The notes: generated from the sequence alone by a model not told the origin. Positions 1-13,420 are shown, counted from the first letter of the stretch. The stretch is 64,000 bases of DNA from Tubiluchus corallicola (GCA_030141605.1 JAQGDQ010000020.1:310001-374000), one strand, 5' to 3'. Numbers and translations: made by a program.

Positions 1-460
1 CTCATCATGATGTTATTCATTCGAGTTGAAAGAAAAGGTGGCATGCTATTTTACTTGGCAGCAGTTAAAAACACACTGCCTTATATTTTTTACGGTATTC
101 CACGTAAGCTATGCAAGTTACGGGCTCTGTTACCTGTTGGCTTGTCCGGCTTGCACCTGGCATGGTTTGGCATCAAGTGGTTTCGAACCAGCTAGCGTTG
201 ACATGTCTGCTTGTTCCTGTTGACGTTTGTTTTCACGGATCCACGCTTATCAGTCGCTAGGGCTCACTGAGTTCAGGACTTGTGTCAAAAGGTACGTTTT
301 TCTGTTGGTAGCAGTTGACGGTACTTGCTTTTCCGCAGCTGCGGGCAGTAAGCGTAAGATCCTCGAGCGGAGATGCAGTTTCACTGTGATGAAGTACTTT
401 TGTTGTAAATAGCAGTTGTAGAGTCTATATGGATTACAATTTAGTTTGTGAATAATTCAA
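1..460 (+). mobile_element. Decayed, internally deleted Academ(X)-like DNA transposase relic
   Basis: Joining the 7..195 and 26..223 frames gives LFIRVERKGGMLFYLAAVKNTLPYIF/FHVSYASYGLCYL, resembling the FIRAERxGxWxLHL..MLPYF.A.GHxNYARY motif recalled for this family. It is followed by RIHAYQ and a degenerate Cys-rich stretch (RCSF..FCCK). Frameshifts and stops are present; the family call is from memory of motifs. Confidence 0.5.
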
Positions 461-1437
461 GGTGAAACAGAGTATTTGTGTCGTCGTTGTAGACAGCTTG
501 TGGGCAGCTTTATGGCTTTACACAGTTGCGAAGCTTGACGCTGAAATCACTAGTATCGGCACAAAGCCGTTCTGGCGACCCGCAGATGTATATCCCTCTG
601 GTGAGACCCGATGACGTGAAAGAACGCACTTGGCTTTCTCGCTATTTTTGTTCCGTGATTACCGGAGAAGTGGAACAGCTTTTGCGCTAAATCTAGCTTA
701 TCCCTTACGATGTCAGCGTAACTACTTGGGCAAACCAAACGAAAAACATCCGTACAAGGAGATGTACGAGAAGGTCATTTTGGACGCTACGGGCAACTAA
801 TTGTTGCTGAACCCGGCTTTGACGTGGCCAGACCTCAAGGCCTTTAATTTTTTATTTATTACCAGTCTCTTAACGTACGTCTCTGTTCATGTAATTGTAA
901 TTGAGCAATTGTTCAGAAATTTCACAAAATGTTGTCGTAAATTTTCTTGTAACGTTACTCGCTACTGAATTTCAATTATTTTTGTTAACACAGAATAGCA
1001 GGCCTATGCGTTACTCCATTTTATACGTTTCATTTAACAAACTTTAACTTTAGTTTTATGTAGTCGAATTTCCGCAGTTTGACATTATTTCCTCAGTATA
1101 GATGTTATGCACACTTAGCTTTTTTATGTAGCGAACACTTTGCGTCCAGTAATAAGCATTATGCAACATGAAAATTTCATCGTAAACTCCATATAATTCT
1201 TACATATCTTAGTATAAAACACGAAATTTGTCTTTACGATGAACATAAGCGTTAACCGCTTTCGTAAATCTTTTTTCGCACTTTCTATAAAATTACTTGA
1301 AGCGTAATTAATTTTTCAATAAAATTTAATTTTTTCTCATACGCGCTTCATGCAGGATCACGATGGTGATCACAGGGTGATATTATAAATAGACACCTCT
1401 TACGAATCAGTATCCCGGCGTGGAAGCACTGCTGCCC

Positions 1438-3677
1438 GGTAAAATGACGTAAGTCAAAATGGCATAGGAAAAAAAGGAAAAAGTGTGCAAATGGAAAAAT
1501 AGGAAAAGAGGGACAAACGACTTACACAACATGAGCTCTGAATTAGAGTTATTGTTCGGGATAATTATTTTCGTTATTTTGACCTCTACCAAGGAAGTTA
1601 TGCTTCATGCTGTTTGTTTTTTGCCTGTCTATAGCTGCAAGTCTATTACCCAAAGGCCCACCTAATAGATTTCTATGAGAGTAGGAGACAAGAAAGACAC
1701 AATTTTTACCAGATTCCTGGATTGGGGATGGAGCAGTACTGCCAAGAAAAGTATATGTTTTTTCGCACGTTCTTTGTTTTCACAAAACCTGACCGAACAC
1801 TACGCACAGAAAACATTGGTGAAGCAATTCGTAGAGGTCTCGAATACTACGCACAGAAAACACTGGTGAAGCAATTCGTAGAGGTCTCGAATACTACGTA
1901 CAGAAAACATTGGTGAAGCAATTCGTAGAGGTCTCGAATACTACGTACAGAAAACACTGGTGACGCAATTCGTAGAGGTCTCGAATACTACGCACAGAAA
2001 ACATTGGTGAAGCAATTCGTAGAGGTCTCGAATACTACGCACAGAAAACATTGGTGAAGCAATTCGTAGAGGTCTCGAATACTACGCACAGAAAACACTG
2101 GTGAAGCAATTCGTAGAGGTCTCGAATACTACGCACAGAAAACATTGGTGAAGCAATTCGTAGAGGTCTCGAATACTACGTACAGAAAACACTGGTGACG
2201 CAATTCGTAGAGGCCTCGAATACTACGCACAGAAAACACTGGTGACGCAATTCGTAGAGGTCTCGAATACTACGCACAGAAAACATTGGTGAAGCAATTC
2301 GTAGAGGTCTCGAATACTACGTACAGAAAACACTGGTGAAGCAATTCGTAGAGGTCTCGAATACTACGTACAGAAAACATTGGTGAAGCAATTCGTAGAG
2401 GTCTCGAATACTACGCACAGAAAACACTGGTGACGCAATTCGTAGAGGTCTCGAATACTACGCACAGAAAGCATTGGTGAAGCAATTCGTAGAGGTCTCG
2501 AATACTACGCACAGAAAACACTGGTGAAGCAATTCGTAGAGGTCTCGAATACTACGCACAGAAAACATTGGTGAAGCAATTCGTAGAGGTCTCGAATACT
2601 ACGCACAGAAAACATTGGTGAAGCAATTCGTAGAGGTCTCGAATACTACGTACAGAAAACACTGGTGACGCATTTCGTAGAGGTCTCGAATACTACGTAC
2701 AGAAAACATTGGTGAAGCAATTCGTAGAGGTCTCGAATACTACGCACAGAAAACACTGGTGACGCAATTCGTAGAGGTCTCGAATACTACGCACAGAAAA
2801 CATTGGTGAAGCAATTCGTAGAGGTCTCGAATACTACGCACAGAAAACACTGGTGAAGCAATTCGTAGAGGTCTCGAATACTACGCACAGAAAACATTGG
2901 TGAAGCAATTCGTAGAGGTCTCGAATACTACGCACAGAAAACACTGGTGAAGCAATTCGTAGAGGTCTCGAATACTACGCACAGAAAACACTGGTGAAGC
3001 AATTCGTAGAGGTCTCGAATACTACGCACAGAAAACATTGGTGAAGCAATTCGTAGAGGTCTCGAATACTACGCACAGAAAACACTGGTGAAGCAATTCG
3101 TAGAGGTCTCGAATACTACGCACAGAAAACATTGGTGAAGCAATTCGTAGAGGTCTCGAATACTACGCACAGACAACACTGGTGACGCAATTACGTGGAG
3201 GTTTCAGACGGAGTGCTATAGCTTTTTGGGAAGATGAGGACTTAGCTACAAGAGAGGGGAATTCTTGTTTTATTATCTCTACCAGGGCAAACAACTACGA
3301 GCTAGTTACGTTTATCAGTCTATTACCAAAGCAAAATGGTTAAAGAAATGTAGACAAACACCATGTGAAACGTTTGTGCATTATTCATTATAATTCTGTT
3401 TAATAAACAAAATATTTTGGGTCCTTTGCTAGTCTATATAATACTTATATAGGTATATTATAGCATGTTATTATAAAACTTTGTTTTTAGTTTTTTCTAT
3501 TGAAAGAACGAACGGGTTTTTCGACCTTGGCGGAGGTCTGTTTCCTGCTGAGCGCATTCTAGTCTTGTCATACAAATTATATGCATCAAAATAACATATA
3601 TACAACTTTTTTTCCTGCGTTTTCATTTGTGCTGTTTTTTCCTATGCAATTTTTACTGTGCCATTTTACCTACATTT
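1438..3677. mobile_element. Composite non-autonomous element, copy 1: modular-TIR MITE containing a Helentron-like (HINE) element
   Basis: Outer ends are built from AAAATGGCA/TGCCATTTT subrepeats. The inner element has subTIRs ACCTCTACCAAGG (1582-1594) and CCTTGGCGGAGGT (3525-3537), followed by CTGAGCGCATTCTAGT. Homologous copies lie at 34216-35109 and 47197-48172. Confidence 0.7.
1799..3192. repeat. Tandem array of a 47-bp unit, 29 full copies plus a partial copy
   Basis: Unit ACTACGCACAGAAAACATTGGTGAAGCAATTCGTAGAGGTCTCGAAT. Units start at 1799, 1846 ... 3162 (exactly 29 x 47). Only point variants occur; there are no spacers. Confidence 0.98.
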
Positions 3678-6325
3678 GCAGGCACGTAATTGTTCCGGTT
3701 AATTCATTAAGAGCGTGGGCAGTGCGTTTTCCATCGAAGCACCGGTTCCGTAAAACAGCCAGCAATAGAGGCGGTAAGAGAAAATTTATGCACGTTATTC
3801 CTTCAAATTCCTGTTTAGTTTTCACGTTTTTGGTATTGTTTGTAACAAACTGAAGCTCGCATCATTGCCGACTTGAACCTTGAACTTCTTGGCCGACGTC
3901 AACGTTACAATATTTGACCAAAGAAAAATTATAAGGTCGAAGCTTATGTTTTCTGTTTGTCACCATTAAGAGCTTTGCTGCAAATTTTGTTCTCCCGAAA
4001 ACACCCCAAAACTGTTATATTCCAGTGTTTATTTGTTTATCCCAAGGTAAACGGTTTCTTTTATATTTGTGTACCACATTCTTGAAAATTTGTGTGCTGT
4101 GCTAGATTTGCGACGGTGCTTTGTGCGAGTGTTTTTTCGGTACTGTGGATTTCGTACTTACGGAAATGATCTGTTAAATTAAATGTGTTAAAATTATAAA
4201 TTAATTTGGTCATTTTTGGGGCAAAAAAGGGCAAGTTGTTTAAAAGCGCTAGTTGTGATTTCCCGTAAATTATGTTGATTGTTTTTAATTAAGTAGATTG
4301 CTTCCTACGTTGACACCTATTCAAGTATCGCCGTTGTTTTGAAGCAAGAACGTTTAAAAATGTATGTCATCAATGAGGAACATTTAGTGTTTTGCTGATC
4401 TATGCAAAAAAGTAACGATTTAAAGACTGCATATTACTAGAATTAAATGTTTGTTTTGCCGATGAAAGAAATTCCATACTTACCGATCTAACACATTAAG
4501 CTGCAAATTTTATGTTACCTGCAGGTAAAGCTATCCAGCTTAAGGCTATAATGCTAGATTGTTGCAGTACTTGATGGTGAAAAACGTGCTATTTTTTATT
4601 AGAACTGCATATTAACTTCTAGTATTAATTAGTGTTGCATTACGATTATAGTTGAAGATGTCTTAGCTAAGCACTTTAATTTAAATTAACATTAAAAACT
4701 GTGTTACTGCTGCAAGCACGTAATCTAAGACAACCATTAAAAACTAGTTAATAGTTCAAATGGTCACGCGAAGTTTAGGCTACATTATTTTCGGTCACAC
4801 TAAATTTACATTATTTTACATTACATTACATTAATTTACATTACATTAGCCTACATTATTTTCTCATGATGATATGAAATTCCTTTGTATAAGATATAAT
4901 TTGACACCATTGCACTAAAATTATCAACGATTCAGGAAACATTGACAAGTGTAAAATATTAATGAGTTATAAATGCGTTCTCACGGAACAAATTAATCGT
5001 ACATGGTACGGGGTCAGTAACTTTATAAACATGTCCTTTGCTCGATGCAAACTTCTTACATGCACGACAATACGATTTTCTGATTTTAATTATATGTCAG
5101 TACCTATTTTGATATCACTTTTCAAGTTTTGTGCTTGACCGGTTCTAGCGCGACGTGTAACAGTAATTTACAGAGCACGATGGCACTTTCTGGCGCAATT
5201 GCTAACAGAAGGTTTTCTGCGTTTTCTGCGTAAACACTGTTTTAGTTACTACAGAAAAATTCTTTTCGGCAAATATGGCTTCTATATCAAATAACAAATG
5301 GGTAAATGTTAAGTACTTAATATAGTTTAATGTACTTGAATTTGAAAACAATGAAAAACGTTTGAAACAGTTAGATAAAGTAATGAGGATGTTGGAACAT
5401 TTACTCACTAATCGGCAAGTTTTATTTAATAAAACCGTTTTTAACTCTTCAACAAGTTTAAAATGTGCATTTCTTATAGTAAAAGCTATTTTACTTGTTT
5501 GTTTTTAGCGTTCCATCATTGGACTATTCATTTGTATTACTTTTATGGCTCAGCCAGGTGAAAGTCGTGGTGTGTACAATAGAAAAGGTTATAGGCGGAG
5601 GCATGTTCCAATAAGACTAAGAGGTAAGTGTGTGATCAACATTATAGCCTGTGTAATCTGCATTTACTATTTGCACAAATTTATTATTACAACATTACAG
5701 GGGAATCTACTTCTTCATTTGCCGGATGAATAGCTTATTATTATATAGCTTATGATAGTTGATCAGTTGGCCAACTTTATTTTGTGCTTAATTTGTTTTT
5801 ACTGAAATTAAAAGAACTTAGCTTAAGCATGGGTCATGGATATATTGGCAGAATAACCATAACCTACTTAACATAACACTAGCAACTACAAGTCGGAAGG
5901 ACGCCCTTAAAATATTTTGCGCATAACTGGGAAGATACTGTTGTAGTACTGTTGCTGCTGTTGTCGTTGCTGTTGTCATCGTCGTCGTTGTTTTGTTATT
6001 ATTTCTATTACTATTATTATTATCTAGTCAATAAGCGAAAATTCCGCGTGGTTTCGAATTATTAACGGCAATGGGAAACTCAGTAATTCTGGTGGTAACA
6101 ATTACTAATAGATATGATGCATATAGAAATATGCATATACATTTAGAACGCAGCAATTTGAATGCATCTCTTTTCAAAAAGCATTTGAACTCTGTGCAAA
6201 GATTTCAAGATGCGAGCCGATTTCTGTTTTTATGCACTTTTTCAAAAAATTGGGTGGATGTGGTCGAGAAGATGTCCACTGATGCAAGATGTGCTCATGC
6301 AGATGCTCATCGCGCAAAATCTATG

Positions 6326-6758
6326 TGTTATAAACTGATAATACTGGACTGCTCTCCACTTTTAGTGGAAGCAGAACGGATGGCACCGCGGCCTACACCG
6401 TGCGGCATGACTCAAAGACAAAAACCAAAATGAATAAAATAAAAATGACAATTTATTACCCAAACAAAATAACTGTTCCAGATAGCTTTCCGAATGGAGC
6501 AACAGAAAGCCTGATGAAGTGCGAACAGAGCTGAGATGAGATGAGACGCCCACTGACCACTGACAAGGATCTACAGCAGACCTACCATTTTTATAAGCTC
6601 AGGTGTGCACGTGACTAGTGGCTCCCACTAACACAAGGTCAGAATAAGCGTCTATGTGCTAGTTAAAGCCGGACGTGTGCTAGTTCACACGCACACCTGA
6701 GAAGTCTGCTGTATTCTCCTGCCAGTATTACACTACCTCATCACAGCCCTGCAGTACA
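6326..6758 (-). mobile_element. Putative 3' LTR of the Gypsy element, preceded by a polypurine tract
   Basis: The minus strand reads GGAGGAAGGGGGACAG then TGTACTG at 6758. Internal minus-strand TATAAAA (~6590) and AATAAA (~6452) are present, ending in ACA near 6326. There is no second LTR to confirm this, so boundaries are uncertain by about 25 bp. Confidence 0.55.
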
Positions 6759-8904
6759 CTGTCCCCCTTCCTCCAGACAAAGAAGTCCCTTCTTTGAAGA
6801 TCTAGTCTTCCATCGGGAGGGAGAAGAACAGCTACCTACACAGACCAGAAAGCAAGTTCGAGCACTGCTAATCGGCAATACAAAAAGTTTTTCCTTCCAT
6901 TAATCAAATAGAATCACAGAAATATTTTGCAAAGACTGGCAATTCTACAAAACAACATGAGCTAGTGCATAACGCCTACCGAATTACAAACTAGAAGATG
7001 AAGTCAATGTCAGATTTCTTGTATGAATAAATTAAAGTTAAACATTACATTTCTAGTAACAACAATTTTTATATAACGGCGAGTCGACTTAAAAAAACTT
7101 CCAACTAAATATGCCTAAGTATGTCTACGTAAAAATGCAAAAATGAACGAAATAAATGTAATCAGATATCCGCTATCCGTAAATAAACGTAACGTAGTGT
7201 AAATAATCCGCACGATCTGCGATTCTTAACGATTCACCAGTACCAACTATGTCTCAATAAGCAAATGCAAGTAAGGTGTGTGGTGTGGACTAGCCCTTAG
7301 TCAAGCAACAACGCATCCGATACCACGGGTGTAACACCTGGGTTGGTAGAGCTTGCCTGGAAAAGATGAACGCTAGTACGCATGTCAAGCATACAGTTAG
7401 TTCAAGTGAATTTCCACTGCAGACCCAGCATAAGATTTATTGAGCTTAAGTATTGGCTCCTATGGCGAAAAACGTCGATTCTCCATAAATTTCCAAAATA
7501 GCTGTGCTGTACAACAGAAAAAAGGTAGTAAATCTGCTTACACCAACTATATTCATAGCGGGAAACCAAAAACAAAAAGTTATATGCCACTTTATCTTTA
7601 AATAAATCAACATCTTTAATAAGCAACAACAATGCTGACAACTTAACTTCTAAAAAAAATTTAACACCTTACCGTGTTCGATTAACTTACGCAACCGAGG
7701 GCTGGTCAGTGGTCAAAGTCGCTCTGTTCACATGGTAGCCAACGGGCAAGGCTTTGTCGCGAAGCTAGAAATAGGACCTCGAAGAACGAAAGCAACAACA
7801 ACAAAACGTCAATTATCGAAAAAGACTAATTAGAACTAGGCATCAACTGGAATCGGTTGACTTAAAACAACGAAATTGAGAATTTCGATCACGACTATCT
7901 ACTCGTACATCATAGCTGAAACAGTCTAAACAAACGGTAATTGTTTAGCAAAAATGAAATATTTGTTCTGCCATTTATCTCTCGAGATTAATGTTAGAAC
8001 AAATGACAATTTGCAATAACTATTTACAGAACAATTATCCTTTTTTTTAAATTCCATTCAAGAAAAAAACTCAAAATTTAATTAAAGAATACACAGTTGA
8101 TTTCCAATACGGCCACTTAAGAATATAGAACAAAAACTAATATATTCGCCTCTCCTCCTCTCCTTAAAGAAGAGTGAAAATTCCATTTTTTCACAAAATA
8201 CGACAACAATAATAATGACATCATTGACATGAGGTAATCAATATACAGCCAAGGAAATATGTTCAATTCTTGGTTCCTCAGCTGCAAAAAAATATTTTTT
8301 TTTACATTTTGAAACATGCTTATTAAGTAAATTATATACTTCGAGTTAAACAAGCATCTAGTCACGTATTTTCGAATTTGACATGTGTAAGTAGTTACAA
8401 CTCCATTCTTAAGTGCTAATGTGGATGTGTCACATAGAATAGTTGCTGGAATTACGAAAATGTTTCGCGTAAGTAATTCTATGAGTGCATCTAAACTCGA
8501 GCATTTTCTTGCTTGTAAAGTGAGGGTTAAGATGACAGAACTCTCCTAGCATTTCATTTCTCAAGTCTCGGATTGCGTATTCGATGTGCAGTAGGGTCTT
8601 CATAGGCGAAGTTTCCATAGTGGGTTGTAGGTTGTCTTGACCTGCGGGGGTAAGGTCGGGGAGGACTGGACGGCAACTGGACGTCATCGGCTGCATTGGC
8701 TTCCAAAAAGGTTAGTGGTGTGCTAGAATGGGTCTCGCTTGATACGAGAACAGGATTAATAGAAGTTGGAGAGAGAATAGGATCCGGTAACGTAGGTTGT
8801 GAGGTTACATTATGATTGGATTGAAACGATTTGGGTTGTCTATCAACAGTTTTTCTATTGTTTATTTCAAGATTACACTCAACATTGCTCCTAGAATGGT
8901 TCAC

Positions 8905-11900
8905 CTAGGTAGACTGCTCGCCCGAAAGAGGCGTGCGTACACTATCGCCGGCCTTTTCAGAGGAGTCCTCAGCAATTGCTGAACTGGAGCTACCAGGAAG
9001 CCATTCGTTAATGAGTTGTCGAGTTGATTCGTCGGGAATAAATTCAGCAGAGTCGGCTGTGCCAAGTAAACTAAGAGTAGTTGAGCCGGGAAAATCAACT
9101 CTTTTGGGAGTGGATGTTCGAGGTTTTGGTATAGGCGGAGATAAGGTGGGCAATGAAAGCCGTACATCACCGTTGGATGAATTGTCATGGGGAAGGGAAA
9201 GTTGATCACGAATAGGAGTTAAGGCTGGCATGGAGGAATTAAGTAGTTCTGGAATTTGGGCTGGAAAACTCGATGCATTTTCATTGTGCTCATCATTATA
9301 ATCAGCTATTCTGCATGGTGAGTATGGAGGTGGCGGCAATCCGAAAGAATCGAGAGATACAGAACGATCAAGTGCTGTCAGTTGTGGCTCGAGTTCAATG
9401 TTCTGTTCAGATTTAGATTTATCGATACCCGATGGATCGGCATTGGATTTATCGGCACTAACTTCGGGATCAAGGCTATAAGTTACTGTAGCTTGGCTGT
9501 CAGATAATTCATTGAGTGAAGGCGTTTCACCAGGTGTCCAGGAAAATCCAGTGGCTGGCGTATAACGCCACAGACGATCTGCATGAACAATTTTGCATCT
9601 TTCTCTTGGTCCCGGCAAACGTATACGATAGACAACATCTGAGAGACGTGTTATGATTTCATAAGGTCCCAGCCAATCAGACTGAAGCTTTGGACTGCGA
9701 CCGATTTTACGCTGAGGGTTAAAAAACCAAACTTTTTCCCCAACAGAAAATTGAACATAACGAGAACGGACATTATAGCGTCTACGCATTGTTTCATGGG
9801 AAATGCGAAGGTTTTCTCTGATGAAATGGTGAACGTCATGTAGACGATTCTCAAGATTTTTAACATACTGAACGACAGTACTTGAATCAATGTTTGAAGG
9901 TGGGCGTCCTGTTAATAGATCAAGAGGCAGCCTTAATTCTCAACCAAACATGGCTTGAGCAGGGGTGAATCCAGTTGAGTCATGTACAGCCGATCTGTAT
10001 GAAAGCAAAAACAAAGGGATCTTTTCATCCCAATCACGCTGGTGGGCACTACTGAATTGCGCAAGCTGTCGGGAAATGGTCCTTATAAAGCGCTCGCACA
10101 TTCCATCGCTTTTTGGGTTAAGCGCAGTCGTTCGAGTTTTCTCAATACCCATAAGATTACAGCATTGCTGAAAGACCTTACTTTCAAAATTTCGGCCTTG
10201 GTCTGAATGAATTTCGTTTGGTAACCCAAATCGGCAAAAGAAATCGTTTACCAATACTGCAGCTATAGTCTCGGCTTCTTGGTTCGGTAAGGGATAGCAT
10301 TACGGCCATTTTGTGAAATAATCCATTGCAACTAATATGTATTTGTTGTTAGAATTAGACAACGGAAAAGGACCTGCCACGTCAATGGCGATTCGTTCCA
10401 TAGGCGCGCCCACACGGTATAGTTGTAAAGGTGCACGAGGTTTTCGCTGCGGCCCCTTTTTCTTGCAACAAATTTCGCAAGTTCGCGTCCATATTTCAAC
10501 ATCTTGCCGCATTCCCGGCCAAAACAAGCGCTGCCGCAGTAAATCGAGAGTTTTGTTTTGTCCAAAATGGCCTGCAGTTGGAGATGAATGCATTTCCGTT
10601 AAAACTTTTTCGCGAAAAGCGCGAGGGACTAACCATTGCCAGCGAGAAGACTCCCTTCAGGGCTTTCCCATTTCCGCTGCAAAATGCCATCTCTTAAACG
10701 CAGTGTGTCCCAATGCGCTAAAACCGCTTTAGCGTTTCTACTAAGGGGTGATCGCTGTTCCCATGTTGGTTTTTCGCTTGACGTTTCAAGAAACGCTATG
10801 ACGGGTGCTAGATCTTTATCATTTAATTGACCTTCTTTAAAATCTAATTCAGTATCACGCAAAGTTGTACCGACTTTGACAAATTTTGCCGATTCAGTGA
10901 TTTCTGGTTTCACACATTTTGATGCCTGAATAATTTCACTGTCAATTTTACTTCTCCAGGCTGGCTGTAAGGCATTTTTGCTATTTTCAGCTTTTGAATT
11001 GTTAGCTGTTCTTAGCGTTTCAAATTTTATTTCACGTTTGTTGCAATGAGAGCATTCGTGTTCGCATGGCCGTCTAGACAGCGCGTCTGCATTCGCGTGA
11101 CTTTTACCGGGCCTATGCTCTATCTTGTACTGATATTGGTCCAATTTCGCAAGCCATCGAGCTAATTGGCCTTCCGGGCGCTTAAGCGTGCGAAGCCAGC
11201 GAAGTGCCGCATGGTCGGTACGTATAGAAAAGAGTTTTCCGTAAAGATAGTGATGGAAGTTGGTCACCGCTTTTATCACGGCCAGGAGTTCACGTCTAGT
11301 GGCACAGTAATTGCGTTCTGCGGGGTTAAGTGTTTGACTGTAATAGGCAATTACACGTTCGTGTCCATTTTGAACTTGAGAGAGTACAGCACCGATGGCG
11401 ACATTACTAGCATCGGTGTCAAGTATGAAATCTCTATCGAAATGAGGATGCGCTAGTACAGGGGAGGAAGTAAGCAAGGCTTTAAGTCTCTCAAAAGACT
11501 GCAGCTGGTCTTGTTGCCACAAGAAAGGTTGATGTTTACGAGTTAGTTCGTGCAGTGGAGCTGCTATTTTTGCAAAGTCTTTGATGAAGCGCCTGTAGTA
11601 TGTACAAAGGCCAAGAAAACTACGTAGCTCAGTCAAGTTTGTTGGTATAGGCCATTTCGCTACTGCATCAGTTTTTGCAGGATCGGTGTGTACTCCTTGG
11701 GAACTGACAATGTGTCCAAGGTAAGTTACCTGCTTTTGTGTAAGTAGACATTTCTCAGCGTTAAGTTTCAGTCCGGCTGCTTGGAAGCGAGTGAAGACCT
11801 CTTGTAGACGCTCCAAGTGTTCGTCAAAGGTGTGGCCATAAACTATCACGTCATCGAGGTAGATTAGTAGGGTACGCCAATGAAGGCCAGTCAGGACCTG

Positions 11901-12135
11901 CTCCATAAAAAAGGCATAGCCTTGAATTGCCAGAGGCCTCTATGTGTAATGAAAGCCGTCTTCTCCTTGTCGTTAGGGTGCATTTCGACCTGGTGATACC
12001 CAGATTTCAAGTCAAGGGTGGAAAACCATTCAGAGCCTGATAGTGCATCTATCGAGTCATCTATACAGGGTAAAGGATAACTGTCTTTGATGGTAATTGC
12101 ATTTAGGGCTCTATAATCAATGCAGCATCTAGTGC
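8905..12135 (-). mobile_element. Ty3/Gypsy LTR retrotransposon pol (RT-RNaseH-integrase), 5'-truncated and disabled
   Basis: RT motifs CIDYRALN, DLKSGYHQ and YLDD; RNase H DTDAS, RELLA and TDH; integrase HSSPTAGH..CEIC, AIDVAGP, HSDQGRNFES, DGMCER and WLGPY. The RT-RH-INT order is Gypsy-type. There is a deletion/frameshift near 11910, a frameshift near 10630, and stops at 10300 and 9940. Confidence 0.96.
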
Positions 12136-13332
12136 ACCGTAGTAATCACCCCTGGACGATTCGAGCCAGAGTTATCGGTGAGCGAGAGGCCTCGGTTCGA
12201 GGTCGACATCCGGAAACATGCAACTGGGAGACATTTACTAGCTTTGAAAGAGTATAAGGCCCGACCAAAATCCTGACAAACCCACTAATTTTGTAAAACT
12301 AAATGTTACTGTTGGAAAGAGTGATTTTATAACCGAAAAAGAACGAATAGCTGGCTAGACATAAAAACACAAAGAAAACGAATTTACCCTTGAAGGTTCA
12401 CCACTCCCTCACATTCACGCCGAAACAGTTGGGAGACAAGACCTGGGAAGGCAGGAGCAGGCTTGTCTTGTTTGGCTCTCAAACTCCAGCAACCACTGAA
12501 CTCAAAGAAATAGAATGCGGTGCTTCTTATCAGATAAACATTTTCTTTACATTTGAAAAATGTATTAACGTCCATACAAATAGTTGCAAATTAATTAAAT
12601 ATAATAAAAATTGCTGCTGCCGATAGCACCATGACCATAAAATATAATTTTAATTTGGTTTATCTTTTTGTAATTTCTTAAATGAGTTAGTTACCGATTT
12701 ATTCAAAGTACCGCATCTACATTTGACTTACCTAAGTCACATTTGAGTGACTACCTGTCCCTGTCTACCTGTTCACCTGTCCCAACCGAAACGGAAAGAG
12801 TGCGCACTCTGACAGAAAACCAATGTTGACTATCCAACTGATACCACCGAGAAAACAGCTTCGCTAATTTACATAATCTTTAATGAACTTAAGACAAATT
12901 AAGAACTATATATACAAAGCATTTACACGATTCATATTACACGCCTAAACATATTTTTGTGACAGTACATTCTGTATAAAATATAACGTTAGTTTACTGG
13001 CTTTGTGACTGAAGAGTGATAAATGTGTCATTGTCAGACGATAAAGCCTATGCTAGCTATTGAATTTAAAAATCTGAAAACGGCATTTGTGTTGTGATAT
13101 ATTTTCATCAATAGGTCATTTGTTAACTGACTGATAAAATAAAACCGCAAATAAAGCAAAAAATGGGATTGATAGGAGAATATGTATGTGCACACACATA
13201 ATATATTTGATTTTGTGTGGGTATTTTTAGCTAGGCTGATTTGTTAATTCGACTCATTCAAATTCACGTATATCATGTGTTAAGAACTTACACGTTGTAT
13301 CAAATTCCAAGTATTTTTGCCACGTTTTAGCA

Positions 13333-13373
13333 CCACACACACACGCACGCACGCACGCACGCACACACGCACG

Positions 13374-13405
<32 letters not shown>

Positions 13406-13420
13406 CACACACACACACAC
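13333..13420. repeat. (CA)n/(CACG)n microsatellite
   Basis: Seen directly. Confidence 0.95.

Larger units (their letters stand above)
5509..12902 (+). pseudogene. Relic pentraxin-family paralog C (signal exon plus decayed terminal exon)
   Basis: Exon 5509-5623 (tttttag|...G|gtaagt) encodes RSIIGLFICITFMAQPGESRGVYNRKGYRRRHVPIRLR, homologous to the gene B exon 33336-33453. Region 12764-12902 encodes, with indels, STC..PTETERVRTLTENQ/DYPTDTTEKTASLIYIIFNELK, matching the B terminal exon (STCPGPIEMERVCALRE..KKTASLIY..SDELRQ). No middle exons were found; a Gypsy element lies between. Confidence 0.75.

Noticed and set aside
1799-3192. CRISPR-like array
   Set aside because: The units are contiguous and near-identical with no unique spacers, there are no cas genes, and the context is eukaryotic.
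6485-6545. Hammerhead ribozyme core (GAAA...CTGATGA) in the putative LTR
   Set aside because: The motifs are only 2 nt apart, and no stem II/III pairing or downstream GAAA was found.
12140-12240. tRNA/SINE-like B box (GGTTCGA)
   Set aside because: No convincing A box, cloverleaf or second copy in the window.
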